Positions 47,378 to 61,582 of a stretch of DNA of 64,000 bases are shown here, piece after piece (position 1 is the first letter of the stretch; each line of letters starts with the position of its first letter). The stretch spans positions 14,693,375 to 14,757,374 of the forward strand of contig OZ316897.1 of assembly GCA_973895155.1 (NCBI GenBank). The letters run 5' to 3'. The notes under the pieces are model-generated. The model was given only the letters and a program-made list of their open reading frames with translations, was not told the DNA's origin and made no database searches. Position numbers and translations under genes: made by a program. The stretch is from Marsupella aquatica. Lineage: Eukaryota > Plantae > Marchantiophyta.

Positions 47378-50300
47378 ATACGGATCAGCGTTCACAGAAA
47401 TGCTGAATATCTTCCTGTGTAGTCATGAACGTGCTTCTTAGACATTTAGAGATTCAGAACGTCAATTTTGCAGGAATAGCTGTTGGTCGTTGTGGGCGTA
47501 TTAATCCTTTTCGTTAAGACCAATACTGCAGATATCTTTTAGTGTACATATTGGGGATTTGTGTACTATATTCTGATGAATGAACATGTTTCCCAGGTAC
47601 CTCAATTTGTGGGGCTTCTGGACTTGAATCTTGATCATCCAACTGTGTTTGACGTGAGTGCAATCTCCGAACTAGAGCATTTCATTGCCAGATCCAATCG
47701 AGTTCAGTGATTAAATTCGAGGGACTTCGCCTTCATATCGTGGGTGAAGACCCGCATCATAGGGACATCCAATTACTTTCTGTCTTCTTTGTTTGGGCTC
47801 TGCTTGTGCATTTTTCTGTGCATCAATTTGTCAAAGAAAGAACTTCTAGTAAATTTGATTGGGGTCATTGTGATAGGGTCTCCAAACTTTAAGTGAATCA
47901 CGATTCGAGTCTGATGTCGGGTCTATAACCTTGATTGTCGGTAACTAAGAGCATTCCAGTCTTACTTCTCGAGTGTACTTTTATCCCCTTTCTAAGATTG
48001 CCTCAATGTGTTGCACGATAATAGCAAGTATCATATTACATATATATCGAACTGCGAAAAACAAGGGGCACCCAACGGGGAGACAGGGTCCCACAGGCGA
48101 AAGGCCCAATCAAGGGGAGGCAACACATAGGATATCCTAGAAGTATGGTCTCAGATATCTGAAACCCGCTTCGCAACATTCTACCATTTGTCCAAACTGC
48201 AGCTCAAAAGGTCTGCTTTCTAACTTGTGGTTCTTTAACATAAATATCACCAGTGTCTCAGCATGACTTCGGAGGGCCTGCAGTTGAGTTTCTCGAAGTC
48301 TTGACTCTCGCTAAAAGCAAGTTATCCAGGGAGAGCCTACGTTACTTTGCTGATGTTTTGAGCTCTGCAGATGCCGACAGTCAGATAGTACTCCCAGATA
48401 TTACCTCACCCCTCTCTTGAGCCATAGATTGTCTCCACTTGTGGTATTCCGAGTCTTTCTTACGATCCTTCTATACGATTTTAACCTTTATACCCGCTGT
48501 TCCAGCGATGAAGAAACGAGAGCATCATTGGTAGCTTGAACGCACTTTTTGACATGTTTTCTTCGTCGTAATATAGTGTCCGGATCTAACCTGCCAATGC
48601 CTAACCGAATGAACCATGGTGTTCTTTAGGTCGAACAAGTGTTTAGGGTGACATCAACTTACAAGCTGCGAGACGGATTCTTCTGACAAGGATTCGTATA
48701 TGCTGTCACTAAGCAGGATCGCCAGCAGAGAACAGTTGTAGTCACTGTGTAGCAAAGAAGGACAGTAAGCCAGATTTCCTCCTTGTACAGAAGAAAAGCA
48801 CGGTGATTGTACATGTTTCTGTGCAGTAGCCAAATTTTTCTACGCAAACTAGCACAAACTGGCATTAAATAATTCACCGACCCACCACAATGGAGCTTGT
48901 GTGCTTCAATCTGGGCTCCGTCAGGATGTCGAGATAAAATTTGGCCGTTCTTCTCAGTTTAACTCGAAGTCAATTGAACCCAAACAGTTTCCCTTTGAGG
49001 AGAGGGTATCCGCAAGACCTTTAGCGACAGATTCACAAATGAATTGCGATCTAAGAATGGTGGGGTTGCTTCAGGAAAAAAATTGCATCAAATTGGTAGT
49101 GGGAAATTATCAGAGTCCCTTACCACGTCCTTACTACATGCTCAAGTCGATACGATGAATGGAAAGGTTTCAAATCCTAAGAATGCAAATGTATTTGCAA
49201 ACTGATGTTTTTAATTTTGTCAATCAATGCAAATTAAAAACTAATACTGCGAATTTAGGAGGGAGCGTCTGAGTGCCTGAAGGGGCTTGAATGCCTGAAG
49301 GGGCAAATCCGATGCAACCAAATGTGAGCCATCTGGGCAGTCACCTATCTTCCAACAGACAACGCGAACATGACGCAACTCATAGGTAAAACATATGGTA
49401 CAATTCATGGACAAAGGGATGGCCAAGAATTCTGACAGGTATTCGGCTCCCAAGGCCACTAGCATTTGAACCACTTTCCACTTCATATATAAAGTCGGAT
49501 AATAAATTACAAAGATTGTCTTTCGCCACAGTCGGTCGTGTAAAAGAACAAGCCACCCTGTTCCACCACGCCTAGGCTATCATATGGTAATGCTGGTATC
49601 AATCATCTTCACCATGACCACAACTTCTACTCTTACTCAGAACTGCAGGCTCCTCAAAGCATCAACAAGTAAATTTATGTCGTATAAACACTGCGTTGAA
49701 AGTTCTTTTGACGGCGCCTTCAGATATGATGGCTGCATGGAATTGGATAAATGGGAAACCTTGAAACCAAATACTCAGCTCAGGGTTGTGATCCTTTCAA
49801 ATCTGTGTCATATCCAGAAGCCTCTGCATCCATACATGAAATACTGCGACTTTTGCAGTAGTTTTGTAACATCGTTCTCTTGTCATGCCTGTATCGAGTA
49901 TTTCATTTCCAATGCCCATCTCAAATACCTGTTAGCTCAGGCCCTGACAGACACTTCTAGAGTTGAAGCAAACCATGAGGTCATACTTCGCAGATAGTGA
50001 GTCTAAGAGCCTTAGAAGCTCTTTACAAATGGCAAGCTTTCTCCTTCCCCTTCTTGTTCTACTTCTCGTTCAACCCCAGGTCTCATGAAATTCTCAAAAG
50101 ACCCGCAAAATTTTGTAGCTTTGATGGGGCTCCGTCTAGCACTTGGACAACTGGCACAACATTAGTCTCATTGCGTTATATCACTGCTCAGGATCAGACT
50201 GAGATGCCTGAACGACAACCACATCCCCTGTAAACGTACCAGAGGCGTGGAATGGACCTCGCAAGATCTTCATCCCTACAAGAAGAGCTTGAAGTGGGAG

Positions 50301-50579
50301 AGGTCAAGCGAAGATCGGGGGTGTCCATTTATTTAATGGCGGCATCCCTTGTTATCAACAGTGACATTAACCTCTGATACGATCTTCTGGTGAGCCCATA
50401 TCATTCTAGGCTGCCTTGGGGCTCATACCATTTACAGTTATAGGACTACTCCAGGAAACCTATACGATTATGCGAGAGTAGAGTAAAATGTGGTCGACCT
50501 TAGCAGCTTCGAACAGAAGTCGTCCCGAGTACTGTCAGGAACCATTGAGGCATTGCGTGCGACGTAGTGTAACTGTGTA

Positions 50580-53500
50580 TCATAACTCCATTTTCATGTG
50601 ACCTGGGGGCAAATCGCCTGCTGTAAAAACTTCCGGTTAGGAAAGCAATATATACAAGAAACAAACTACTAGAATATGGAACCTAGAAAAGTAGCATCCG
50701 GGAAAGCTGCGCATAGGCAGCATCGCATATGTTCAGAAACTGAATTTGAAGGAGTTGGTTGCCTTACATTGTAGTCCACCAAGCCCGTATCCTTGCATGC
50801 CTTGACCAAATCCCATTTGCACAACACTCTGAAGATCACCATCCCATAGGCTTGACGACTGTAATACCCAAACAGACAAGAAGCTTATATCAACACGGGA
50901 TCTGGAAATCACTCGCAGTAATAATACAGAGACACCAATCCTGCACTGTAGAAGCATTGGGAACACGCAAATGCACATGAGGCAATTGGACAAAGCGGGA
51001 AGACTCACCTGAGCTGGTCCGACATCAAACGTTTCCACTGGAGTCCGCGGGAAGGGCATTGGATTGCTATTCAACCTCCTCATGTTCACATCAGCTGCAG
51101 GCTGGAAATCCAGGCTGTGAGTGACACCATGCTGCATATGAAGTTGTTGCTGGGGCTGAATGTGCGCAAAAGGTGGGCTGTTGTCGGTATGATCAACCAC
51201 GTTTGGAATACCATAGTTATTTCCAATCTGCATCTGCACCTACGTACACAACATAAAGATCACAGAGAAACATCAGAAGCCTATTCTGTGCAACAAATCT
51301 TCAGCGATCTAGCAAACAAAAAATCTCATCCACGCTCGACAGGCCCATGCGAGAGGTTGAACCTCATCTGACACATTTACCCAGAAACAACGCTCACCTG
51401 TTTGTTCAGAATGTTGTCAATGCTAAAATCTGGTCGGGGAGTCACAGCTGCCAGCTTCATGGAAAGGAACTGCAGCAAACAAACGAGTAAGACTGCCAGT
51501 TTCTATCTGGGAGAATACAGTTGCAAACGATCTTGAGGTTCCTTTGCATTACTTAGCACATTGTAATTGCAAATGCCCCTTCCGCGTAGACCTGCGAATT
51601 ACATGTGTTTGGTAGCCAATCGGCGATTCCAACAGATCAGAACCTTACCTCAACTTGGCGTTGGATCGATTGCACGTAGTTGATGATCTCATCCAGCATC
51701 ACAGCTTTCCCAGTAACCTTACTACAGCCCGGTACGAGATCTTGAAGATACTTCATACGCTCACTGATCTTCTCCCTACGAACCTGTGGGATGGACACAG
51801 AAACTAGCTCCACATCAGAACCTCCCGGGACTTATTTCTACCAACCACAGAGGAGCCATACGAGCCCCAATAATTTCTCTATTGGAAGTTTCAAAAACAA
51901 CTGCACACAGTATATTTCTGTACTGTTCGCGGTAGGTTTTCCAGCAAAACAATCCATGAAACCTGATGCCCCAGAAGACGCTTATCTAGCGACGAGACCC
52001 ACTATTGCCAGAAAGCGCACAACAAAGCAACCAGGCAGAAAACACATACTACCAGTCTGTAGCGTAACGAAGTACTCACAATGCATAATCTTTCGTAACT
52101 ATTCTATGAAAGGAGGAGAGATTGAACAGAGGACAAGCTTAACCCACCGGCCCCCAAAGGAGCATGGGAAAAGGGTGATCAATCATTTGTTGAACTCAAA
52201 ACTTTTAGACCGCCAGAAGGAAGCGTAACACGGAGAACACTATTGAGCAGAATTCTCACCCTTTCTGCCAGGCTATGACTGTCTGTTGCTTGACCCCGCC
52301 GAGCTCTGACATGGATGTAGTCCAGCTTGGGTTGCTCCGCAGGCTTGGAATTGTCCTTCGAAGCCGGAGAGTTTGATATTCCCGAACTTTCGCTATTGCT
52401 CTTTTCGGATTTTGCTCGTTGCTCTTCCTTCTCAGCTGCTCCTTCACTGTCCTTGGAACGCTTCGACTGACTTCCAGAACCCTACGCGGTTAAGAGATAT
52501 AATATCAAGGTCCTGGAGCTCTGAGATTAGACCATCTACCCCAGCATACATACAATGTGGTCTTCTGAACGATTTGAGATGAACCTAAAAGCGACATAAT
52601 GCAGCTCGTTTAGCAAGACTCGGCACTCTTGAAGGCTAGGACTGTAGAAGTCGCTACAAAGGTTCCCAAAGACTAGAAAGTAACTGATCGTACCTTGTGT
52701 TCTTTGAAGCTTGGACTAGCAGCCTCCTTAGCCGGCTCATCGGCAGCGGAAGTCTTCCTCTTCTTTCCTGTGCTGATAGTGCGAACAAGATCAGCAGCCA
52801 CTTGGTCAGAACACGAGGCCTCCGGTTGTACTCGACTTACATTGCTTGCATCGGAATCGGCAGTAATTCTTCCGGCCTCGTCAACATTCTGCCCCTTCTC
52901 GGCGTCTTCCCCGTCGACTTGTGCACTGGCTGCAGCGATGTGGGACTTACTGCCGGACATCTTTGCTTCTCCCCTCGTGGGCTTCTCTTCCCTCCCCCTC
53001 TCTACTCCACTCGCTTCCGAAGCATTGCTTTGGGAAAGAGAATTCCGCTCCGGTGCTTCTGTCGAACACGTCGCTGCTGGTCGAGAGGCACCCACCGAGA
53101 TTTTCGATCGCTTGCTGCTGTCATTCTCAAAGCATGGAGAGCGCCCCACATTGCCGTTCTCGGTGAGAGGGAAGGATGGAGAGTACTGTCCGTTTCCAAA
53201 TGCTGAGAACCTAGCAGCCCGCTCTGCGAAACCCGGATTTGTGGAAAATCGTGGCACGGAAGGAGTCTGTGGACGTCCGGCCCCTTGCAGTGCGAGACCA
53301 CCTTTGGAAGGATCCACAGTGAGGCCCAGATTGCCATGGTCCACCTTCAACGTCCAGCTCTCGTTCAACCGTGGAGAAGTCACACCAATTCCTCCTCCGA
53401 GAGGCGCAGACAAAGTGCGTGCCAATCCTGATGAGCCTCCAGAGAGCATGGAGGCGACTGAGGTTACAAAGCGGCTGCTGCTCCCATCCATGAACTGCTG

Positions 53501-53860
53501 TTGCGAGTCTGAACCCCTCATTGAACTGTCAAACAGCTCGGAATAGGCAGAACTGAACGTATCCGGTGAAGGACCGCAATGTCCGGACGATTCGATTGAA
53601 TTGTTCGACCACCTGGTGGGGATATGCAAGTCTGAGGTTGTGGCTGGAACGTGCCATCTAGAAGCACTCTTGTTCGCGAAAGGTTGTATTTGAGAGCTTC
53701 TGAAGTCTGCTTCTCCGAGGGCGTTCCCAAATGATGCAATTGAAGAGTCAGACTGTGACGGTACTACCATCGAGGAACTGTGGAACGACCCGCCTGGGGG
53801 AATCCCCATGATTGTACGATGCTGTGGAAAATTCTGTGTTTGAGCCATTGATGCTATCAT
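50580..53860 (-). CDS. bHLH transcription factor, subfamily XII (CIB/BPE/ACE-like), ~652 aa; exons 53860-52694, 52481-52260, 51783-51649, 51469-51398, 51239-51009, 50858-50768, 50620-50580
   Basis: [21 protein letters not shown]|[45 protein letters not shown]|FLSMKL; [10 protein letters not shown] motif; [13 protein letters not shown]; C-terminus HMKMEL. All junctions are GT-AG and in frame. Confidence 0.93.
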
Positions 53861-56023
53861 CCGGCATATAACTCAGCAATTCTACGAGCTAGCTAGATGC
53901 AGCGGAACGGATTTGGGGTTAAAAACCTGGGCCTTCTTCGCATCCAACACCTCGAGATCCACTGAATGGTAGACGTCCCAACGCTATATGCTCAAGTACG
54001 AGACTTCTCTGCTGCAACGCAAGAGTACAAATTGTACAACGTGTGTCACGGCATCATGCCCGAAACAGATCGATTGCACCAGAGCGGAGGAGTTGAGTCT
54101 CGTTGGGCAGGACGCAGCAGCCGAGGCCAGGGAGCAATGCTGCGCCTGAGAGAACAGCTTCGATCCACTCCGGAGAACGGGCGCGAAATTGTTTATTTCT
54201 GAACCATTACGAAGATGCCATGACACGTTCGGAAGGGCATCTGACATCCACAAAAAATTGGATCAGCGGTACAATAGTGAAATTTCCTTCAAAGCATCCG
54301 CCACACCAAAATACTGCTCAACATTCCCTTTCCCGTGAAGCCACACTGATCACACTTCTCGCCGACCCTGATCCCTGCTGCTCCTCCGTCCCCTCCTCTA
54401 CAGATTTTTTCGTCAATATTGCAGATGAGCTACTACTGTAGGGGAGCGCTATACCAACCAACCACACCACTCAGGCTCCGCTCCGACCTTGCTCAACGAA
54501 CGAGATCGTGCCAGCCTCACATGGACAGTTCGTCGCCCTTGTGCGGTCCTCAAGTTCGATCACGGAAAATTGTCCAGCTCCCTTTACTTCGAAAGAGGTG
54601 CTCTTCGAGCAGGAAAGGCTCTAATATTGCCCTCCTCCTCTAGAAATCTGATCGGGGCCCACATTCCCTTCTAAAGTACTGAGGGGACCAGGACCAGCAG
54701 CCATTGGAGCATCGGCCCACGTGGGCTTTACCAGCATAATTCTACTTCTCAGTAATAACTTGCTCATCTCCTTCTTCAAACGAGACCATTACTTTTACAC
54801 CCTTCAGACTCTCCTTAATAGTGGGTCCCCCTCGTCCCCCACCCTGAGCTCATCTACAGTACACGAAGGCCCGAGGTCACGAAAGTGTAGGGAGGGAGGT
54901 CACAAAAGTGGAAACGAAATGAGGCAGATTAGGGGAGAGCACCTACAGTGGTACTTCTCTCACATCTCCCAGGGATGCTTCTCCACCTCCTCCATGGCCA
55001 CTGGGCACACAGTTCGTCAGTCAGTCTCTCCCTCCCCCTGCCCTTCCCTCGCCTCTCCCCTCCCTCATCACACAGCTAAAGCTCCCTTTCAATTACTCCA
55101 TCTCACAATCTCACCACTGCTGCTACCCTGGCCGTACTTGTTTTATTTTAGTTTATACATCATACAGGCCAGGACTCGTCTTATCTGCTGCAGCAGCTCA
55201 TGTCATGTTTAGTAACATAGCACCAGAAACAGCAAACAGAACTTCTTACTACCCTTTCTGGTGAGTATAATTATGTACTGGTACTGGACTACTGGTACCT
55301 AATGCTTTACTGTGCTACACGCCTACAACCATCTATGCGGCACACACTCGGGCACAGCCTTAATATTGCTACACTACCACTGGCGACATGAAGTTTGCAA
55401 CGTGCAAATGCAGGATTTTGCTTTTTGCGGGACCTGGGTAAGTTACCGTAGCTCGTGTGGTCTCCTGGTGCACACCCATAATACCCGGCGGTTCCTTCGC
55501 TGCAGACTATGGGAGCTCTCCACTACACTTCTCCTGCTGCTGCTGCTGCTGCTTGCTGTGCTCGAGTCTGGGACCTCGACCTCGAGTCTGTGACCTTCTG
55601 AGGCTTCCTGTGGCGACTGGGGCAAGGGCGAATTCCGTGATTGATTCCCAACGCTGCTGCTGAATTTACCACACAACCGCCTTTGCCGTGCCGCCTGCCA
55701 TCCATCCGTTCCCACTGCTGGACGAGTTTCACACGCGCGGTCAGCTGCTGCTTTCTCGCTGTACCTTGTTTTATACTATTCCTTTCTCTCTCCTCCCTCT
55801 TCTTTTCTTTCCTTGAAATGAATTCTTTACTCCTAGCAATAAAGTACCCAAACATAGTTTTTGAGTTGCAACACGGCCCCCCAAAACGCCAACTCGATCG
55901 CATAGGTATTCGTGCCAACGAAATGCACTTATGCAGGGGCAGAGTGGTGGTCACTGGGGGAACGAGCAATTCTTACCTTCAACTTTGGAGAGCGATATTG
56001 AGGTGCTTGGAGAAATAGCAAAA

Positions 56024-56038
56024 GGGGGGGGGGGGGGG
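56024..56038 (+). repeat. G15 homopolymer
   Basis: Directly visible. Confidence 0.9.
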
Positions 56039-57998
56039 CAAGGTGGGAGTGACTTAATAGGGCCCTATTCCATATAAGATCGCCAGCCCGACCCTATAGC
56101 CCCATATAAGATCGGCACCCAAAATCATCTGCATTGAAAGGTAAGGGATGGCGTTTGCAATGTAGCTCTGGTTGAAATGGCTCAAAGAGCGATCCCAAGT
56201 CCAGTGGGGGTTACCCACATGAAATTAAAGCATCTCCAGCCGTGCTGAAAAATGTTCATAACTTCCATTTCTTTGCTTTGTGGCTCTTTTTTTCCCTCGC
56301 TACACTCCCCACTGTCAACCCATAGCCCCAAACTGATGGAGGCTGTCCACTCAACTCGGAATAGGCGGTCAATTTGGGCAGCCGAAAATATTCCCCTGTA
56401 TCAAGAACAGCTATACTTGCAACAAGTTTTTAGAAGGGCCCCTCTTTTACTTTGACGCCCATTGTAAAGAGGCTGAGATTGGCTTCACCATCTTTAAATA
56501 AATAATTAAATACACATCATTATCGTTGCTTCTTGGCCAATTCATCAATTTCAAAGGAAGTGTTGTTGTCTACAGGTGCAAGTAGCTCCACAGTATGGGG
56601 GCTCACTCCACCCTTTTCTGCCATCGCATGCAAAAGAACTGATAGGCTTTTAATTCACTTTTAGAAGACCTATAAACATTGTATGAAATTAAGTTTAGAA
56701 TTCATAGTTCTCATAGATCATCATGTGGTTTGAAGTGCACAGTTTAAAGTTGATCGACGGTCTCAATTGTACTTGATCATTCAGATTCCAGATTTATCCC
56801 ATTCAAATGATATAAGAGTTTATAAATAGTGAGAACCCTCTGACTGCACAAATGCCCTCTCATGATTCAAAGTTGAAACCAAATGCACCACAACTCAAGG
56901 TCACGTTTTCTTGCTCGTTTGATTGATGCATGTCTTCTTTTGGCTGACAGCTTTGTTTGGAACACTACTAACAACATGCATTATTTTTTATCATCAACAT
57001 CATTTTCAATTGCATTAGTCAATGAGAGAAAGATGTACTCAGTGAGCCTCCCAATGGAGTCCTGGCCCACCCTGTCAGGATTTTTTGTTGGAAGATTTTA
57101 TCGTACAATTGAGTAGTTCTTATACCACGCAAATTCAGTAGGACCAGGAGTTGTGTACCACTGTTTTGGGTCCAACTGCCTGTCAAAAGGGTGTACATTG
57201 TATACATCCAATTCTGGATTTGTCCATCTTGGTTGTCTTGGCCTTGAGCATCTTTGCAAGAGCCAGGAGCAATATGGTAACTTCTTTAACGTGATCCTTG
57301 AATACATTGTCTTTGTAAGGGCAGGTAGGGAGCTTAAATGTTTTTGCCGACAACCCTTGACATGTGATTAAGTGAACTTTATGGGCCAAGGGAAATCAAA
57401 GGAGAAAGGACAGACATAAACCTGGATGGCCCAATCATCTCTGTATGGGTGCTCCTTCATTGCAATTCACGCATCTTTAAGGATAGTCATGGCAAGAACA
57501 GGTTGCAAGGAGCAGGCTGAAAACGAAAACATATATTGATGAAAAGAAAACACACTGAGAAACCGGACTGGTTCTCTATGACTTTCATAATGGGTGGCCA
57601 CATTTGAATTTCATATTTACTATGTACTGGTAACAATGTGCAAAATCTATTCACACAAGCAAGAAGGTAGGGCCTATGGCACTTGCATCAAGGCTTGCAT
57701 GCTCGAATGCAAGCATGAACTTTCTCAACTGCACACTTACCCTTTTTCGTGTTACTACACAGGACTACCCACAAAGTATCATGAGGCAGCTACATGGTAA
57801 GGGTTAGCCCAATTGTATGATAGAATACCTAACAAGAACATGGTTGTACAAAGTAGACCTGGACATTCACTCTCTAGGAGAGAATGTGAAACTTTTAGTC
57901 CCCTCAGATAGAGAATCTGATACTTTTGGTCCATTGGAAGTGAAAGTCTATCCAAGAGGTCCACTAAGTATATCTCTTATGAATATGAAAATAACCTA

Positions 57999-58281
57999 CT
58001 CAGGGGTCTCACTATATGGGGACCTCTCCATCACCTGCGACGGTTTAGGCCTCGGACCCCCTCAACTGTAAGAAAAAAATTATTTGTTAACCCCTATAAA
58101 GTTGGAATATTCTTGGAATATTATTTAAAAGACCCTAATGTTCTTATAAATCTCAAAATTGAATTTAAAATACCCTATTGTTCTTCTGCAAAAATTCTTA
58201 AGTCTTCCCTTAGAACCAATAAAATGACCTTATCCTTCGTCGCACGTGATATGTCATTTTTGTGGAAGTGAAACCCCCGAG
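57999..58281 (+). mobile_element. MITE family X, copy 1 (283 bp, diverged)
   Basis: TIR CTCAGGGGTCTCACT vs CTCGGGGGTTTCACT; perfect 8-bp TSD ATAACCTA (57991-57998, 58282-58289). Confidence 0.85.
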
Positions 58282-59986
58282 ATAACCTAGCCTGGGCAGA
58301 GCTTCTTTGTGACAAAATAGGTTAACAGGCCACTCATCTATTGCAGTGGCCAACAGCTTGGGGCTCAAATGAGGGCGTCTAAGAAACCGGACGGCTCAGA
58401 GTAGGCAACAAACACGGAGTATGAGAGTGCATTCATTCTCACACTAAATCAACAAGACACCACAATGGAGAAACTTTTGAAGGATCCAGAGAGAGGCAAA
58501 AACAATTGCAAAATCCAACTATTAATATTTACAGCAATTAAGGCAAATTTATTGAATTAAGGTTGAGAATGCATTGAGTTTCATTCTGGTCCACACTTTT
58601 GAAGATATGGTGGGAGCACAAAGCTTAAAATGCTTGACAATTGCTCTTACAGCATCATGTGGGCGTCCTGTTTCGATCAATGGTTATCTTTTCCCCAAAA
58701 ATGATTTTAAAGTCAAGATATGTAGTTGTGTGTAGCATAGTGGCAAGTTCAATCCCACCCTAGCAGCATAGTCACTTGATCAGATTGGGCACCACAAAGA
58801 AAGAAATGTGTATATGTGAAAGATATTATGGTACATTGCTTCATCCGGGTCCATTGTATCTACTCAAGACTGCCCCTCAACTCCTATGATTTTGTCATTA
58901 TTCTCTTAATTTGATACCATTCCCAGTTACGTTGTACTGAGAGTTTTGGGTCGTCTTGTAATTGATAGGGGAGCTCTTGATGGTGCAAATGGTTATTTGT
59001 AGCAGTGCAGATATCTGCCCCCATCCTTGCCCCCATCAATTGGTGGCATGGGCAGGTGTTACATTGGAAGCTCTATTGCACATGCTCCCTGTGCTCTCCT
59101 TGGTTGTTGGGTACATGCAAATGGCTCCTACTCTGCTTTCTTGCTTAATAGTGGTCCTTTAGCCCAAGCATCCTCTTTGACTAATGTCATGGAAGTAGTG
59201 GAACCATCCGATGGAGTTCTCCCCCTTTGGAGCTCAGCTTTGCCATGCCCGGTCCCTACTGCCCAAGGTTGAGTGTAGGTCATGGGAGTTCAGACGAGGT
59301 CATTCAATTTGGATAGCAAGTGATTTTGATACATGCATTGTTATACCTTTTCCAACATAGTCTCAGATACACCATTGAACTTGGTTCAACCATGTTTGAT
59401 ATCTTGTATGGCTCATTAACCTCAGATTAATTCCAACGAATTGCACACATTGAAGGTCTTTGGGGATCTATGCCCTATTTTTGATTGTGGGTTGCAGGAA
59501 TGGATGGTCTTTTGTGTAGAGTGGAGGGCTCTAGACAATCGCAAAACTTGACTACCTACCACTTAGTTCTGGCATTGCTGACTCCTACTCTGAGCTCCTC
59601 TATGGTCCAAACCCCCATAACGGCCATCATGTGGGGACTAAGTATGGGGAGGCTTGTGAGCAATGAAGCGTTGCACTAGCAAAGGCAATGCATCGAGCTG
59701 GTGGCCCACAAGGTGGTTGGGGCATGGGAAGGGCCTAGCTCAGGGTGGACCATCCTGACCCCTGGACGGATTGAATTCTATTAAGGTTTGATTGAGCGAG
59801 AGTTCCTCTTGGGCCCAAGGCCAAAGAATTAATTTTACTTCATGCAAAATGGACGCTCGACACATGAGATACAGCGTGACTTGTGTGTAGCAGTCCGGGA
59901 CCCTCAACTGACGATGAGTTTTGAGGGCCCAAGCATGATCACTGTGTACGCCGATCACAATGGGCCAAGGCACTTCACCTATGGAG

Positions 59987-60292
59987 CTCGGGGGCCTCAA
60001 TCCAAGGGGTGTCCCATATCACGCTCGAAGTTTTGGGGGAATAAACACCCTAAAAGTTAAGTCAATAAAGTTTTTTTTAGGAATTTTTTTACCCTTAACT
60101 TAATGGAATATTCCAAGAATATTTCCATATTTGATTAAAAAACCCTATGATTCTTTTTAATTCTCAAAATTGGATTAAAATAACCCTAATGTTCTTCAAC
60201 AAAAACTTAAAAGTATTTCACTAAACCCAATAAAAAAACCCTATACTTATTCGCGTGTGATGGGTCGGAAGAAAAGAAGTGAGGACCCCGGG
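59987..60292 (+). mobile_element. MITE family X, copy 2 (306 bp)
   Basis: Termini CTCGGGGGCCTCA...TGAGGACCCCGGG; perfect 8-bp TSD CTATGGAG (59979-59986, 60293-60300). Confidence 0.92.
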
Positions 60293-60740
60293 CTATGGAG
60301 GTCTAACTGGAAAGCTATGGGCATAGCAACTTAGCTTTGTCCCAGTTGATCGGTTGAAGTCTAGGTTGAGGGCCAAATATAGTGGACCAAAGTTGGTCCG
60401 GGGGTAAAAAATCATTAGAAACACATATGAGAGGAGTGGTGTCTCCCAACGAGCCAGGGGCAAGCCTAAGTTATGAAGCGCAATAGTTGCACTACAAAAG
60501 GGAAACATCAAACAGAAACGATCTAACAACTTTTCAACGGGAAGTTTGGAGGACTTCTTAGGTGCGTTGGAGTTGTCTCAACAAAAACTATATCCTCTTA
60601 CTCAAGCTCAATTGGGTCTGGGAGTGCCTCTGGGCCCGCTTGCCAATACTATTGAAATAGTAGCCAAGCCACGTTTTGCTTCCCATGGGAGCTTGTGATG
60701 GGGAGGCAATGCAAAGTAGGGATGAGTGTTGAGGTCCAAG

Positions 60741-61056
60741 CTCGGGGGTCACTTCCACGGAAGTAGCACATCACTTGCGACAAATTATAGACGCATTTAA
60801 ATGGTTGTGGCAGAAGACTTCCAAAGTTTAGTGGAAGAACACATAAGACACGTTTTATTGATTGGTCAACTTTAAAGAATACATAGGCCTATTTGTAAAT
60901 TTTACTTTCTTCAAAGTTTTTAGGGGTTTTTGGTTAAAACATGACACAATTTAAAGAAAGGGTTTGCAAAAAAACAATTTTCACTTATAAGTTAGGGGGT
61001 TCAAACCCTAAAACATTGCACGTGATGTATGGCCTCCATATAATGACCCCCTTGAG
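60741..61056 (-). mobile_element. MITE family X, copy 3 (316 bp, inverted, old)
   Basis: Reverse complement of 60741-60783 resembles the 3' end of copy 1; termini CTCGGGGGTC...GACCCCCTTGAG; imperfect TSD GGTCCAAG/GGTCCCAA. Confidence 0.65.
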
Positions 61057-61275
61057 GGTCCCAATGCATTTTACCCTTAGACTCTTGGTTGAGTTAGAGC
61101 CGTGAAGATGGTTGCTAGAGTGGGGGCTGAACTGGTCTCGGCATTTGGGACAAGCTTCAGGATCAGCTAGCTATTTGGGCCATGAGCATGTCCTAGAGGC
61201 AAGGTGGTCAGCCAAAGATGTACAGATAGAAAGTGGGGAAGCTTGGGCTGTACTCAATAGAGGGTCTGTTCTAGA

Positions 61276-61582
61276 CTCGGGGGCCTCAATCCAAGGGGTG
61301 TCCCATATCATACGCGAAGTTTTGGGGGAATAAACACCCTAAAACTTAAGTTCATAAAGGCTTTTTTTAGGAATTGTTTTGCCTCTAACTTAATGGAATA
61401 TTTTAAGAATATTCCCAAATTTGATTAAAAAACCCTATGATTCTTATAATTCTCAAAATTGGATTAAAATAACCCTAATGTTCTTCAACAAAAATTTAAA
61501 AGTATTTTCACTAAACCCAATTTTAAAACCCTATACTTATTCGCACATGATGGGTCGGAAGAATAGAAGTGAGGATCCCGGG
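61276..61582 (+). mobile_element. MITE family X, copy 4 (307 bp)
   Basis: Highly similar to copy 2; perfect 8-bp TSD GTTCTAGA (61268-61275, 61583-61590). Confidence 0.92.

Noticed and set aside
52695-53546. 283-aa plus-strand ORF
   Set aside because: Antisense shadow of bHLH exon 1, with a non-ATG start and no recognisable motif.
56800-59980. Possible decayed coding or transposon sequence
   Set aside because: All frames are broken and I recognise no motif; it needs BLASTX.
59987-61582. Two ~306-bp direct repeats read as the LTR pair of a TRIM or LTR retroelement
   Set aside because: No TG..CA ends; each repeat has its own TIRs and a different 8-bp TSD, so they are independent MITE insertions.
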